A stretch of 64,000 nt of DNA from Phaeosaccion multiseriatum (taxonomy: Eukaryota > Protista > Ochrophyta, other classes), in the NCBI GenBank assembly GCA_965112735.1, contig OZ218957.1, positions 372,001 through 436,000 of the forward strand. Direction: 5' to 3'. The number at the start of each line of letters is the position of its first letter. Positions within the stretch are counted from its first letter, which is position 1. The translations under genes were made by a program, and so were the position numbers. This document shows positions 48,903 to 62,500 of the stretch, piece after piece. A model generated the notes under the pieces. It searched no databases and was not told the origin of the DNA. It was given only the letters and a program-made list of their open reading frames with translations.

Positions 48903-50170
48903 ATGCCGGTGCTCACATTCATAGCGCGGGTCATGGACGGTCTCTTGCTCGTGGCGTCGATGGACTCCCGCTCGTCGGACTCTGAATCGGTCGATGCTTA
49001 CAGGTAAAGAAGGGGCAATCTACTCTCCATGCTCGTCTTCTATCTGCCCCTCTGTATCTCCTGTGATGGGAGCTTGACTTGCCGGGCGGCTTGGTACTCG
49101 AGTGTGAATCAGTCTTGCACAATCTTGGCTCTGTCATCTCTTTTCGCCCTCATTCTCTCCGCTTCATCCCCAACCCCGCAGCCCCAAATCTTTGCTGCAT
49201 CTCACCCTCCTCCTCCTATGACCCCTTCTTCGCTGGCTTTCTCTTGTCTCCCCTGGCAGATCTCAGGCCAAACAAATTCTAAAAAAGCTCAACCCCCGCT
49301 CCGTCGCGAGATGTACCATCGAAAGTCAACCGTATAGCTTCCAGTAAGTTGCCCACTACCGGCCACAAGCCACTTCACCCACCCAACCAGTCAGTCAGTC
49401 AGTCAGTCAGTCAGTCGGCCAGTTTCTCCAGTGTTGCCCGCCAGCCCCAAGGGAACAAGGGAACAAGGGAAAGCCCGCTGACTTATGCTCCTTCCTCTCT
49501 CTCCCCCCTTCCTTCCCTCCTTCCCTCCCTCCCTCCCTCCCTCCCTCCTCCTCCTCCTCCTCCTCCTCCTCCTCCTCCTCCTCCTCCTCCTCCTCCTCCT
49601 CCTCCTCCTCCTCCTCCTCCTCCTCCTCCTCCTCCTCCTCCTCCTCCTCCTCCTCCTCATTCTCCTCCTCCTCCTTCTCATTCTCCTCCTCCTCTTCCTC
49701 TTCTTCCTCCTCCTCCTCCTCCTCCTCCTCCTCCTCCTCCTCCTCCTCCTCCTCCCCCTCCTCCCTCTCCCCCTCCTCCCTCTCCTCCTCCCCTCCTCCT
49801 TCTCATTCTCCTCCTCCCCCTCCTCCCTCTCCTCCTCCCCTCCTCCTCTCTTCCTCTCCTCCTCCCCGCCACCCCCCAACTCCCGTCCCCGCTCTCTCCC
49901 ACTCCCCACAGCTACACAATCGAGGAGGGCATCTGCTACCTCACTCTGACAGAGAGAGGCTATCCCAAACGCCTTGCCTTCCTCTACCTGGAGGACGTTC
50001 GACAGTGCTTTGTAGACGAGCTCAGGAGAGACCACGGTGACCTGTGGCGTCAAAAAGTAGAGACGGTGGCCCGACCTTACGCCTTCATTAAGTTTGACAA
50101 GGTGTGTTGGTCGAGCTGAGCGGTGGTCCCTGCGCCTCCGCTGTGCCTCAGTATGCCGGGGCGTGTCGGT

Positions 50171-50212
<42 letters not shown>

Positions 50213-50834
50213 ATATGTGTACGTGTGTGTGTGTGGATGTCTGTGTGTACGTGTGTGTGAGTGTGCTTGTGTGTGCGATGTGTGCGTGCGTGTGTCAATA
50301 TGTATGTGTGTGTGCATGTGTGTGCGGGTGTGTCTGTGGATGGATACGTGTGTGTCTGTGTGTCCATTGCCCCTAACCTCCCTCCCTCCCTCCCTCCCTC
50401 CCTCCCTCCCTCCCTCCCTCTCTCCTCAGGTGATCCAGCGCAAGAGGAAGGAGTACCTGGACCCCTCAAGTCGCAACAACATGGGGCGGCTCAACGACGA
50501 CCTTGCTGACATTCAGAACATCATGAAGAAGAACATTCAGGAGGTGCTCAACAGAGGGGATAAACTAGACCGTAAGTAAATGGGTAAGACAGAGAGAGAC
50601 AAGAGGAAAGTAGAGAGAGGGGGCGGACAGGGTGGGAGGTGCTCAACAAATAGACAAGCTAGACCTCAACCCCTCTCTCTATCTCTGCATCTCACTCTTT
50701 CTCTCTCTCTATCGCTCCCTTTCTTATCTTTCGCTCTCGCTCTCTCGCTCTCTCTCGCTCTCGCCCCCGTCGTCTCTGTCTCCCTCCCCCTCTCGTTTTC
50801 TGTCTCATCTTTCTCTTAATCGCCCCTCCCTCTC

Positions 50835-50869
<35 letters not shown>

Positions 50870-51162
50870 CAGAGGCAGCCTAACGCTTACCCTCCCCTCT
50901 CCCTCCCTGTCCATATGCCTCTTTTGTCTCCTTTCCCTCCCTCCTGCGCCTTGCCCATCCCCACAACGCCGCCCCCCGGGGTCTCTCCGATTGGTTTCCG
51001 CTTCCAGACGTGTCCGAGATCTCTCGCGACTTGACTTCCAAGGCCAAGGACTTTAAATGGGGCACGAAGAAGCTGTCCCTCATGGCTCTGTGGCAGCAGT
51101 ACGCGCCGCTCGTGGCCATCGGGGCCGTGCTACTTATCACTATTTGGTGGAAATTCTTTTAA
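48903..51162 (+). CDS. SEC22: Vesicle-trafficking R-SNARE SEC22 (longin + SNARE + TM), 5 exons
   Basis: [68 protein letters not shown]-terminal TM. Confidence 0.95.
49500..49870. repeat. Long (CCT)n polypyrimidine microsatellite in a SEC22 intron
   Basis: Read directly. Confidence 0.95.
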
Positions 51163-51289
51163 TTATTTGAAAGGAGATAACATTATTTTTTATTACTGTG
51201 CATTATCATTTTAAACACTCGATTTGCGTAAGAATCGCCCAAATAATCTTCACCCCCAATTTTTGGACGATCTCAGGAAAATGACGCAG

Positions 51290-51743
51290 GGATATATATC
51301 TCTTCATGTAGCTCTTTGAGATGCCTATGGGAGGGCCTTGTACAACTACACATCCCCACGCCTTGCGAGAACCAAAACGTCTCCACTCAGCCCACACCCG
51401 AAGCGCTTTGCCCAGTGCACGCGCTCCACGCACTCCACCACGCTCTTCTCAGATGTGTTCTTGGTGGGATGCACACGACTTAGTGATCCCTCCACTCCTT
51501 GAAGGAATTGTTCATGATCGATCATGACTCTGCTGAGCACCTCACGCACGCTGCTGGCTGCGCCAACGCCTTCTTCGACCCCTGATACACTATCCGCTAT
51601 CCGCTATCGCCGGCGCCAGCCGGCGCGCTATCCGCTATCGAGAAAGTGGGCGATAGTGTATCAGGGGTCGACCTTCTCACAGGCCTCAAAGCTGGGCACA
51701 GCCTCACCAGACGCTACGTCCCCTTCCCCTCTTCGTCCCACGG

Positions 51744-51780
<37 letters not shown>

Positions 51781-51800
51781 CTCCCCTCTCCTTCTTTGCG
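51290..51800 (-). pseudogene. Truncated, frameshifted type-A ankyrin gene interrupted by a MITE
   Basis: Removing the MITE and one TSD restores PSFEACEKALAQ (cf. PTYEACEKALAQ in 17310-18401); downstream HPTKNTSEKSVVECVERVHWAKRFGC, then decay. Confidence 0.85.
51575..51671. mobile_element. MITE, 97 bp, same family as 44591-44794, opposite orientation, TSD CCTTCT
   Basis: TIR TCGACCCCTGATACACTATC; CCTTCT at 51569-51574 and 51672-51677. Confidence 0.92.
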
Positions 51801-52300
51801 CTCTCCCTCGCCATCTTCACCTCCTCCTTTCTATCCAATTGATGAGAGCTGCAGTTAATTCCTTTGGGAGTCCTTTCTGCGGGGCTCTCACTTCGGTTCA
51901 TCATCCCCCCTGCCTCTGCCTCTGCCTTTGCCGCCGGTGCTAATCGCTCTTGTCCTTTGGAATGTTGGAATGTGAAATTTCTTCCTTCGTGTGTTGGTGC
52001 TCCTGGAGTAACAGAGGGCGACGTGAGCGGTGAGGATGATACTATGCAACACAGACACAGCAGCCGTAGCGTACAACTGTACAAAGGCCCATCGTTTCTT
52101 ACGGGAAGCAGCATCACCCGCGTCTCTACCCAAGCAGTGTGGAAGGGACGGAGCTTCAGCCGTGTTTTGAAAGACAGGAAAGTGTTGAGTGTACTTCAAG
52201 GGAGAGTGGGCACTGCTGGACTAAAGAGCTGTGGGTCCCGTAGAGAAGAGAAGATCCTTGTATGGACTGAATGATTTGTGTTGACCGGAAGAGCTAAGAT

Positions 52301-53422
52301 ATGGAGCACACCAGTGAGGAGAAGGTACCGGTGGAGGGGCAAAAAATGCTCCCTCCCCCCAAAGGCAAGTCTGTAGCAGGGTCGGAGGAAGGTGCTACCG
52401 CTGGTGGGGCTGGGTATGAGGACGGAAGCACGTCTCTATCGGACTCTGAGGGAGATGGCGAGGCCGATGTGGGCGACGATGGAAGGTCTGCAGTTTACGA
52501 AGGAGGAGGGAGAGAAGGCCCTTACAAAGGTTGCCACAGGATTTTGGCCACTACCGAGCTGCTCCAGGGCATGATGGAGTATGTAGGTGGGGACGATTTC
52601 CTGTTTGTTGCTGGCACCAGTAAGGAGTGGAGGGTCTGCTATACCCATTTGTACCCAGCCTTGACGACGACCTTGGTGTCTGTGGTCAGCTCTGTGGAGT
52701 GCTTGAGATGGGCGGCGAGTCAGGGCCTCGAGCTGAGTGAGGGGGTATTCAGAGCCGCTACTGAGCATGGGGATGTAGAAGTGTGGAAGGCTCTCCTTGC
52801 CTATGACTGTCCCTGGAATGCAGATATATGTTTGACAACGCTATCCAACGAGAAACATGGCCAAAGTGTGCTCCGATGGCTGCGATCAGGGGAGCTTCCG
52901 GGGAAGGAGAGGTGTACATGGGACGACCATATTTGTGCACTGGCTGGGATGGAAGGAAATGTAGAAATGCTCAAGTGGCTGCTGTCGGATGAAGTACAGG
53001 CCCCGTTTACGCACGATAGCTGGAACTTCGTTTGTAAGGGGGGTCACATTCCCGCCATGGGGTACGTGCTCCATCATCCTCGCACGAGAGCCTTGATTGA
53101 GGGGAATGAAAACGGAATGTGGCGTGAGGGGGCTTTCTACTGTGCTGAGAACGGCAGCCTTCGGCCGCTGCAGTTCCTCCACGCCGCTGCCCGCCACCTC
53201 TGCCTCTGGGACGCTGACGTCTGTTACAATGCAGTCTTGAATGGCATGAGCCTTGCAGTACTCAAGTGGCTCCGATCAGAGGAAGTGCAGTGCCCGTGGG
53301 ACCCAAGATCGTGCCCACAGTTTCTCAGGGATATAGGGTTTCTTCGTGGTTCAGACACCAAGGCCTTGGAGATCGAGCAGTGGGTGCATGCCAACGGGTT
53401 TCCCTGCTTATGCTGGATCTGA
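52301..53422 (+). CDS. Intronless F-box-like/ankyrin-repeat protein (type B, copy 2)
   Basis: Paralogue of 19649-20719 (LLQGMMEYVGGDDFLFVAGTSKEWR; ends WVHANGFPCLC). Confidence 0.82.
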   Translation: MEHTSEEKVPVEGQKMLPPPKGKSVAGSEEGATAGGAGYEDGSTSLSDSEGDGEADVGDDGRSAVYEGGGREGPYKGCHRILATTELLQGMMEYVGGDDFLFVAGTSKEWRVCYTHLYPALTTTLVSVVSSVECLRWAASQGLELSEGVFRAATEHGDVEVWKALLAYDCPWNADICLTTLSNEKHGQSVLRWLRSGELPGKERCTWDDHICALAGMEGNVEMLKWLLSDEVQAPFTHDSWNFVCKGGHIPAMGYVLHHPRTRALIEGNENGMWREGAFYCAENGSLRPLQFLHAAARHLCLWDADVCYNAVLNGMSLAVLKWLRSEEVQCPWDPRSCPQFLRDIGFLRGSDTKALEIEQWVHANGFPCLCWI

Positions 53423-54062
53423 GGAAGGGACCATGCGGGGGGAAGTTGGCATGCATACCTATGTCAACGGCAGTAACTTACTTTAGGAGTAGAGAAAGAG
53501 AGAGAAAGAGAGAAGGAGAGAGGGACGGGGAGAGGGGCCTGCAGAGAAGGGGGCCTTGCAGCTGCGAGAGGGGGTGCGTACTTCGGAGGAGAGATACGCA
53601 GAACGGCAGGGCTGAAATGGGATGGGAAGGCGGCCGACTAAGCGGCTGCCGTAGGCACCGGCACAGATACTCCTTCTTGAATGACAAATTCGTTATATGG
53701 CGACTCGCCAGGTAGAGAGAGAGCCCCTCCCTCCCCTTCCCTCCCCTCCACTTCTCATTCCTACATGGCGAGTGGAAACATGTGCGATGCGGTGTGGGCT
53801 CAATCGTCCTCACAGCTGAACTTGTCGCGCTATAAAGTATCGCCACAGCCAACCTTCACTGCTCTTGCTTCGGTGCCCCCTTTCTTTCCCACTCCTTCGA
53901 CCCTTGTGTCATTGGTTGGCTGTTGCTGTTGGTGCTGTATTTGGCTCCTCGCTCCTCATGAGTGCTGTGCTGCCATCTCCGCATTCTGGGCAGCCATAGA
54001 CAGATCTATGATGGACGGGCATTTGCGGCTCCGAGCTGGCATGATGGTGGTGGAGCATCAAT

Positions 54063-54087
54063 CTACAGCTGCTTCTGATGAGGTTCA

Positions 54088-54141
<54 letters not shown>

Positions 54142-56320
54142 TCCTCCTGCCGATGTTGGTGCTGCTGGTGATCCTCGTGCTGCTGCTCGTGGCGGTGGTG
54201 CTGCTGCGGCATCATGGAAGCGCCGTGGTCAATCCCCGGGGGGACGTGGTGCATCTCCGGGGTGCCGTACATGTCCGCCGCTCCGGTGGCAGGAGGAGGC
54301 ACTGGCACGAAGGGCGGAGGGGGAGGAGGAGGCGGGACCTCCTGGGGAGCAGCGGAGCCCGAGGAGTTCGAGGGATCTGCCCAAGTCGGGTAGAAGGTTG
54401 TGCCGCGAAACACACAACTTTGCTGTTGCTGCTGCTGTTGCTGCTGCAGTAGCTGCTGCTGCTGCTGTGGCATCGCCAGCTGCTCCGGGTGTTGAGCCTG
54501 CTGGCCCATCATCATGTGCTGCTGGTGTTGTGCCTGCGGCAGAGAAGGACGACACCCACCGTGGGCCCCTCCACCACCGCGTCCCCCTTCCCTCCATCCG
54601 CCGATGGGGGCCGCGTGCAAGCCGCTTGGTCCTGGCGCCCTTTGCATCGGCTGATGGCCGGCTTGCCTGAGCTCTGCCCCCCTCCTCCACCGTGCTCTTT
54701 GCTCTCTAGTAGCCTGCTGTCATCGAGGCAAAAGGTGATGAGGTGTGGTGTTGTTGAGTTGTGGTGAGTGTGACGGGGGTTCTTGCTGGCGCATTGCTTG
54801 AGTGCGGGGATGACACTTCTGCTGCTCTTGCCGCTGAGCAGGAGGAGTGGCAAGGGTATCCGACGAAGCCGACGACGCTCGAGCCCTCTCCTTCAGCACT
54901 GCCAGCGTCATGTCCTTGCGCTGGGGCTGCCACAGTCGCCTCTACATGACTTCTCAACAGGCACACATGGGTGCAGATGGGCAGGACAGGACAGATACAA
55001 CAGGGGAGATGTACGAAGCCGCAGCATGTACAGCATAGCACAGCACAGCTGGGTTTGGATCCACACTTGCCTGCATTCGTCCCACAATTTCAGTCACGGC
55101 TTCGGCAACCCTGTGCTGCCTCCCCCAGACCGTGCCCACGCGATGGAGCTCCCCGTCGTGGAAGAGGTGTTCGTCCTGCTTGCGAAAGTGTGCAGGAGAG
55201 TGGAGTGGAGTGGAGTGTGATGATGGTGATGAGGAGAGTCAGCCGCGAGGCGGGGCGAGCACACAAATGGCACCTCTCTTCGATGACGCTGCAGCAGGTC
55301 CATGAAATGAATGGCCCCGCCTCCTCCCTCCCCGCCCTTCCACTGCCATCTCCCCTCTCCCTCTATTTGGACCCTTCTCTCTCCACCCGCTCATGCGCTA
55401 CCCTATGGTCAAGGGACAAAGGCTAAACCCAAACCAAGAAATTTCAATTTCATGGAAAAGAAAAAGGCTCTCCCAAGATAACCAAGTGTTTGTAAGACAC
55501 CCGCACATGCACACACACACACACCCCAATGCACGCCCCCACGCACCCTCCCCGACACGCTGATCCTCACGGAGAAGCGCCGTCCCATTTCCGTCACAGT
55601 GGCGCCCCTTACGCCCATGAGGCAGCCGATGAGCGATTCCGGGCACAGAAACTTGAACACGGTCTCCTCCGCGGCCGACTGACGAGGGGTGTCGCTGCTG
55701 GGGTGGGTGGGGGTGGAGGAAGGAGGAGCTTCCTCTGCTCTCCGGTCCACAGGAGAAGCTGTGGCGCCGGGGCCTGAGGAGGAAGCCCCCCCCCTCCCAT
55801 GCCTCGGGGAGAAGCCCTCTGCCGGAGAGGCCTCCACGCCTCCCTCAGGAGTCCCCGGGGGGCTGCCTTGCGAGGCGGCGGGCGGCTGTGTTTGATGGTT
55901 TGATGTTGTTTGGGTGCTGACAAGTGGCCCAAGGGCTCCTCTTGCTTGCCGGGGGGGCTTTTGCGCGGGGTGGCCATGATGAGGCGAGCAGGACTTGGAG
56001 GAGTTATGGAGCTTGTGTGTCTCCTCTTTGTGTCTGCAGTCTATTTTGTGGTGGCTTCCTTCTGCGGGGTGATGGTGACGATGATGGTGAGGGGGATGGT
56101 GGGGGGAGGAGGAAGGACGAAAGCAACCACAACGGAGGCAGAGTGTGAGGAAAGGATGGCAACAAGGGCGAAGCGATACTTTGATTGACAGAATAAGGCT
56201 ACCCTGGCATGCCCCATCCATACCCTTGTCCCCCTCGCCTGCCTCAACACGGCCCTCTGCGCTCGCCTTGTGCCGTCCCATTCCGGCGGAGTGTGTCCCA
56301 CTGCTACTCTGCCCATCCAC
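54063..56320 (-). CDS. Short KH-domain RNA-binding paralogue (one KH plus Q/P-rich tail); possibly a partial duplicate or pseudogene
   Basis: FKFLCPESLIGCLMGVRGATVTEM...ISVS plus RVGTVWG...VAEAVTEIV (KH); Q-rich last exon homologous to 58650-59300. Start uncertain. Confidence 0.55.
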
Positions 56321-58649
56321 TCCCCAGCCACCGCCCCTTCCTCACTTACCTGCTTCTTGTACCGTCAGGGAGGGCTTGTCCCGACGCCCCCTCTTAGCTG
56401 TCGGTCGTGGGGGGGCTTCGTTTTCCTACTCTCTCGATCCCGCGGCTTCCTTTGGTGCTGAGGAGCTTTTATCCCTTGGTGTCTGAGCTCGGGGCACGCC
56501 TTCTCTGCGGTTGCGAAGTCTTGTGGAGTCTCCAAGCACCCCTGCTTAACAGGAAAGAAGAGGCAAGGTGGAGTGGTTTTGAGGGAGCAGCGGAAGGGGA
56601 TGGGGGAGGGAAATGAGATTTCAGATTTCAAGCAAGGGCTCCAAGAAAGTCTCGCGGACGCACGAGGAGTGAAGCACTCCCGCAGGGAGAGCAGCGGAGC
56701 AGGCGTAAAAGCAGGGGGGCAGTCTCGTTAGAGCCCTCGAGAGCAAAGCCAGCGGGAAGGGAAGGCGACATGGAGATGTGTCGGAGGAAAGTGGCTGGGA
56801 TGCCGCCGCCAATGCCATGACACCACGAAGCCATAGAAGCGAGTCTTCGAGGGCTAGAGGATTTACTAGCCAGTCTACTGTGCTACTGCCTCTGCTATGC
56901 TGCTGCTTTTCCCTCCTGTGAATTTGGTAAAATGGCAAACGGCCAAAAACCCCTTGACGCCCTCCCGAGGACTCAACTAGCTGCGCAAGGGCTTCCCTCG
57001 CCACCCTTCCCGTACGAACCGCTGTGCTTGGCCTTACTCACGAGTATTGCCCACCTCCGCTTTCCCAGTGCCCAGTCAGACTCTCTCTGGTGATATCTCT
57101 CCGTCCTTTCAAAACTCTTCTTCAACCTCTCTCTCTCTCTCTCTCTCTCTCGGCTTCAACGCGTCCTCCGCCCTTGCCCCACTTGCCCATGTCCTTCCCT
57201 CCCGCCTCCTCCGTCTCACCTTGGGTCTTGTCAGCTCTCCTCCCGTCTATCCCTTTCTCTATTGCTCCACCAAACGAAGTCCAGCTAATTTAGGTTGGGT
57301 TGTGATTGATTGAGGCCATGTCCTCAAAGCGTGAACTCAAACTGACTTCTCTTAGAGCGGAGGCCTCTGAAGGCCTCTTGTCAAGGCTGTGTGAGAAGGA
57401 AGGAAGAGGAGGCAAAAAGAGAGGCTACGATGATGATGGCATCAAGCAGCTTCACAACAGCACTCCGAGCACTAGGGCTGCGAGGGCAGTGGCGGCAGCA
57501 GCAGTGGGCACATCGGGTGTGCGAATCCATTATATACCCTCCCTTCCCCTCCACTTCTCCTTCCGACTGCGCGACTGGCGAGCTGTTGCAGTGTTGTGGC
57601 GGTGTGTGCTGTACTGATACAATGTGGTATACAAGTTTCATTAGTTAGGGAGTTCTGTCCTCTCTTTGGTCTTCCTCGGACGGGTGCGACACCTTCACAC
57701 CCTGCCTTGAGTGACGGAAACACGTGTGATGCGGTGTGGGCTCAATCGTCCCCTCAGCCAAACTTATCGCGCTCCATAGTATCGCCACAGCCAAAGTCAA
57801 ACTCTGCATCAAAGCTCTCCTCCTTCTCTCAAACATGCCTGCATCCAGAGCTTTCCATGTACCGTTCACTTTGGGTGGAAAGCGAGCAAATCCTTTCCTT
57901 CGGTCGCCCTCCTCCCACAGACTACCTTTGTCGCAGCAGTAACCACACAAAACCACGCACACACACGCACTCACCCACACACACACACACACACATCACA
58001 CGCAAACCTCGTAAGTCACGCAAATGACCCCTGCTTCCTTCTCTCCTCCCTCCCTTGCCAGCTTCAATAAGAAAGAACTGGCTGCTCCCTCTGTCCGACA
58101 CACCCCACCCTCTCCCTCTGACACCCCCCCCCCCACAACCCTCTCTTTGTTCAGCAGTATGGAGCATCCTTCTCTTCGGTCCTTCCCTCTTCCTCCCCCT
58201 GTCAAGGGAGCCCTCGCCCCCCCACTAGGGTGCTACATGTGGTCGCAATGCGGTCAGCTGACCAAGTCCAGCAGTTGGCCCGCTCATGGCTCATTCGCAC
58301 CCCCCTCTCTGGTTAGCCAGAAGCCTCCTCCGTCCTCTGTGCGCGACTAGCCCAACGGCCACGCAACTCCCTCCACGTTGTTGCATCGATCACTGAAGCC
58401 ATAGTATTAGTGCCTTCACAGAACTATGGCATCGCTGTGCTGCACCGAGTAAGCCTCTGCTGCTCTGGCTTCGACGCTTGTATGTTCGCTTGATTGTTGC
58501 TGTTGTTATCGTTCTTGTTGTTGGCTGTATTTCGCTCCTCGCTCCTCGCGAATGCTGTGCTGCCATCCCCACTCTGGCCGGCCACAGCCAGTGTGTGATG
58601 GGCGGGCGTCTGCGGCTCCGAGCTGGCATGGTGGCGGTGGAGCGTGTTT

Positions 58650-59489
58650 CTACAGCTGGTGCCGCTGCTCCTGCTGGTGCTGGTGCTGGTGCTGGTGCCT
58701 CGGCTGCTCACAGGGCTGCTCACAGGGCTGCGGATGCTGCTGCTCGTAGTGGTGCTGCTGCTGCGGATGCGGCATCATCTGCAGTGGCATCATCATCTGC
58801 TGCTGTTGCTGATGATTGGGCAGGAAGCCTGCTGGAGAAGCGCCGTGGTGCATCCCCGGGGGGGCGTACATGTCCTCTCTGGCGGCAGGAGGAGGCACTG
58901 GCACGAAGGGCAGAGGGGGGGGAGGAGGCACCATTGGCAAGGGAGGGAAGGGAGGGAGGAGCTGGACCTGGGGAGTGTAAGAGCCCGAGGAGCCCGAGGG
59001 GTGTGACAAGTTCAAGAAGTAGGCTTCGTCGATGGCGCGCTCGTACCCTTGCTGCTGCTGCTGCTGCTGCTTCGGCTGCTGCTGCTGATTATAGACTGGT
59101 TGCTGTTGATTGTAAGCTTGCTGCTGCAGTTGCTCATACGGCTGCGGCATCGCCAGCTGCTCCGGGTACGGGTCCTGCTGGCCCATCATCATCTGCGGCT
59201 CGTAGTGCGCCTGCTGCATCTGCTGGGTGGAGAGCTGCTGCATCTGCGCCCCCCCCTGCTGCTGCTGGGCGTCGTAGAGCGGCATCAAAGCGCCCTGCTG
59301 TTCGTTATAGAGCGGCATAAGCGGCTCGTCGTGCGGGCGGCTGTACGGTATACGAGCCCTGTCCTCCACCCCCTGCTCTGCAGCGTTCCGCTGATGCATC
59401 ATCATCCCCCTCCTCATCTGCTTCTCCTCCTCCTCCTCCTCCTCCTGCTGCTGCTGCTGCTCCTGCCCCTGCTGTCCCTCCTGCGCCTC

Positions 59490-59526
<37 letters not shown>

Positions 59527-62500
59527 CGTATCATCACCTGAGACGCCCCCTTGGTGGCTGAGTAGTGCTCGAGGACGAGTCCCGAGATACCCTCACACGC
59601 CTTGCTGATACTCGCAGGCAACCCGGAGATATACATCTGGCTATGGTCCCTCGTGCACACACACATACACACATGCACACACATACACACACGCACACAC
59701 ACGAACACACGCACGCACGCAACCATCCACACGCGCATACACACGCATGCACGCACGCGCATCCCCCGGAGAGGAGAGAGACACAGAAAGAGAGGAGTGA
59801 GAGAGGGAGGAAGCAGACAACATTGAAAGAGAGGAGTGAGAGAGGGAGGAGAGATGTTCGGAGCCTGTCCTGTCAATCACTCGCCACTGCACGCGCGCAC
59901 GCGCACGCACCCACCCACGCATGCACGCACGATTGGCCCATCAGCCACCCGTCGCAGAGCGGCGAAAGTAACCGCCTCGCTTGTGCCTACATCTCAACAA
60001 CGGGTACACCCACTTACCGCGGCTCTTCGCCCTGCCACTTGGCGATCTGAATCTGCGCCCCCGACGTGGCCTCAAGCCCCTGGATGGTCTTACCCCCTCT
60101 GCCTATGACCTTGGGCACGAGATGGCCCGCGAGGGTGGCGTTAAGCGTGATGCTCCCCTGCTCTGGATGGCCGCCGGCGTACGTCGCCTTGCATACGAAC
60201 ATACTGTTCACAAAGTCCAACTCGTCCGCCGTCACCCCTCCTCCGGGTAGAGGCCTGAACACTCGCGGAAGAAGCTGCGGAGGAGGCTCTTGCCCCAGCT
60301 GACCCATCCACTGCTGCTGCCGGAGGTGGCGCTGTGGGCACTGCTGGTGCTGGTGTTGTTGGTGGTATGCCCCTCTAAAAGGAGGACTCCCGCCACCCCA
60401 CGCCTCTTCGCCAACGTGTGCCCGTCCGCCGAGAGGGCGCTTGTGCGAAACTATGGAACCTGGCGCCCCCTGCTTCGGTCGCTGCTTGGCTTTTCCGTGT
60501 TTGCCCCCTCCCCCGTCTCCCTGCCATCTTCCTACCCCTTTGACAGCCGGTCCTCCCGAGCCGTCATACCCCGTCGTGGCGTTATCGTAGCGAAATATAG
60601 TCCTGGTGAGACAATGTGACACGGAGGAGGAGGAGGAGGAAGGAGGATGGAAGAGGGAGGGAAGGTGTTGTGTGAACAGGCGGAGAGGAGAAGAGCAGCA
60701 GCAGCAGGGCAGAGGAAGAGAGGGGAGAGACAGGTCCACATAGGGCACACGCAAGGTCAGAAGGAGAAGGGCATGGACGAGACTGCCTGTCCGAAACGGC
60801 GGCAGGAGCGGGCCCGAGAGTCCAAGAGAGAGAGAGAAGCCAGGCACACGCATGTGCACACACCCTCACACACGCGCACGTTCACACACAGACACACACG
60901 CACACACACCGAGAGACACGCCATGCACACTCGCACGCTCACACATACGCATAAACACACAGACAGACACACACATATGCACACACGCATACTCACACGA
61001 CCCACACACACGCGTGCGCACAAACAGACACACAACCGTACGAACACACGCACACACACACAAACACACACACGCGCACCTGTTCTTAGAGACGAGATCG
61101 CAGATGAGATACTTCAAGACCTCGGTGACGTTAGCTTCAGCTCCACGGACCAACACCACGCGTTCTCCCGTGATGGGTTGGGCGGGGTTGTCGACGACTT
61201 CCACCTCAACTTGTTTCGCGAAACTCGCCAGCGTCTTGGCTTCCTGAGGCCCGTCGCTCCGACCGTCTTCTTCTTGTCCTCCTTCTCCTCCCCCTCCTCC
61301 TCCTCCTCCCCCTCCTCCTTCTCCTTCTCCTTCTCCTCCTGCTGCTTCTCCTGCTGCTTCTCCTCCTCCTCCTCCCCCTCCTCCTCCCCCTCCTCCTCCT
61401 CCTCCTCCTCCTCCTCCTCCTTCTCCTCCTTCTCCTCCGCCGTCCCTCCCCCAAATGAGCGAGACGGCCCTGTGGGGGATCATGACGCGAATCTCCGAGA
61501 AAGTGTGTTCCTTGCCCTGCCGGGGAGCGATGGGCACATAGTGCTGAATGCCCTCCCCGTTGATCAAGTTAGGCGAGTCCGGCCCGGGCTCTTCTCCAGT
61601 GGCGCCCCCCTCACCCCCCTGAGCGGCCTCCAAGACGGACGAGGCTGGTGCTGCATCTTGCTCAGGGGCAGGTGCAATGGTGCTGGTGACGGTGGCAGTC
61701 GCGATGTTGTTGTTGGTGGTGGTGGACGACTTGGCGTCGGAATTGGGCTCTCCTCCTTTGTTGTCACTCTCCTCCTCCTTCTCCTCCTCCTTCTTCTCCC
61801 TCTCCTCCTGCTCCTTCATACTCTTGTGCTCTTTCTCGTCCTTCTTCTCCCTCTCCTCCTTCTCCTTGACTTGCTTGCCATCCTTCTCGTCCTTCTCCTC
61901 CCTCTCCTTCTCCTTGCTTTTCTTCTCCTCCTTCTTGTCCTTCTCCTGTCGGTAAAGTATCGAGCCCAAGGGTGGTGTGGTGTGTTGCGGTGTGATGGGT
62001 GTGACAGGGAGGGGCGGGGCACATAGACAAATAAATACAAGGGGTGGCAAGAGGAAGCAACAACAGATGTTAAGGGAAAGGGGCACGGCTGAATGACACA
62101 CCATGGAACACACGACTTCTTGTTTGAGCGATAGGTGAGAGATTGATAGAGAGAGAGAGACAGAGAGAGAGACAGAGAGAGAGACAGAGAGAGAGAGAGA
62201 GGAGGTGCGAACCGCGCCCGAGGACTCCTAGTCAGGGCGGTTTGGCAGCAGAAGGCCCCGTCGCAGTCGACACTCCCCGACAGTGTAGCAACACCGTGGG
62301 TACTGAAATGGGAGAGTGCAAACTGCGGCAGGGCGTTTTGCCTCCCGACCGAGCGGACTCGACAGTCCGACGCAGACGCGAAGCGAAGGCGACGCGACAG
62401 ACACGACACGACAGGCGGCAGGCGACAGGCGGCAGGAAGGCGTTGCTGGTGCCAAGGCTCGGACTCGTGCGCCGGTACCCTCTTCCTTCTCTTCCCTTCG

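Noticed and set aside
57306-58027. Plus-strand ORFs between the KH paralogues
   Set aside because: Short, frame-discontinuous and unrecognisable; only the shared 85-bp block is supportable.
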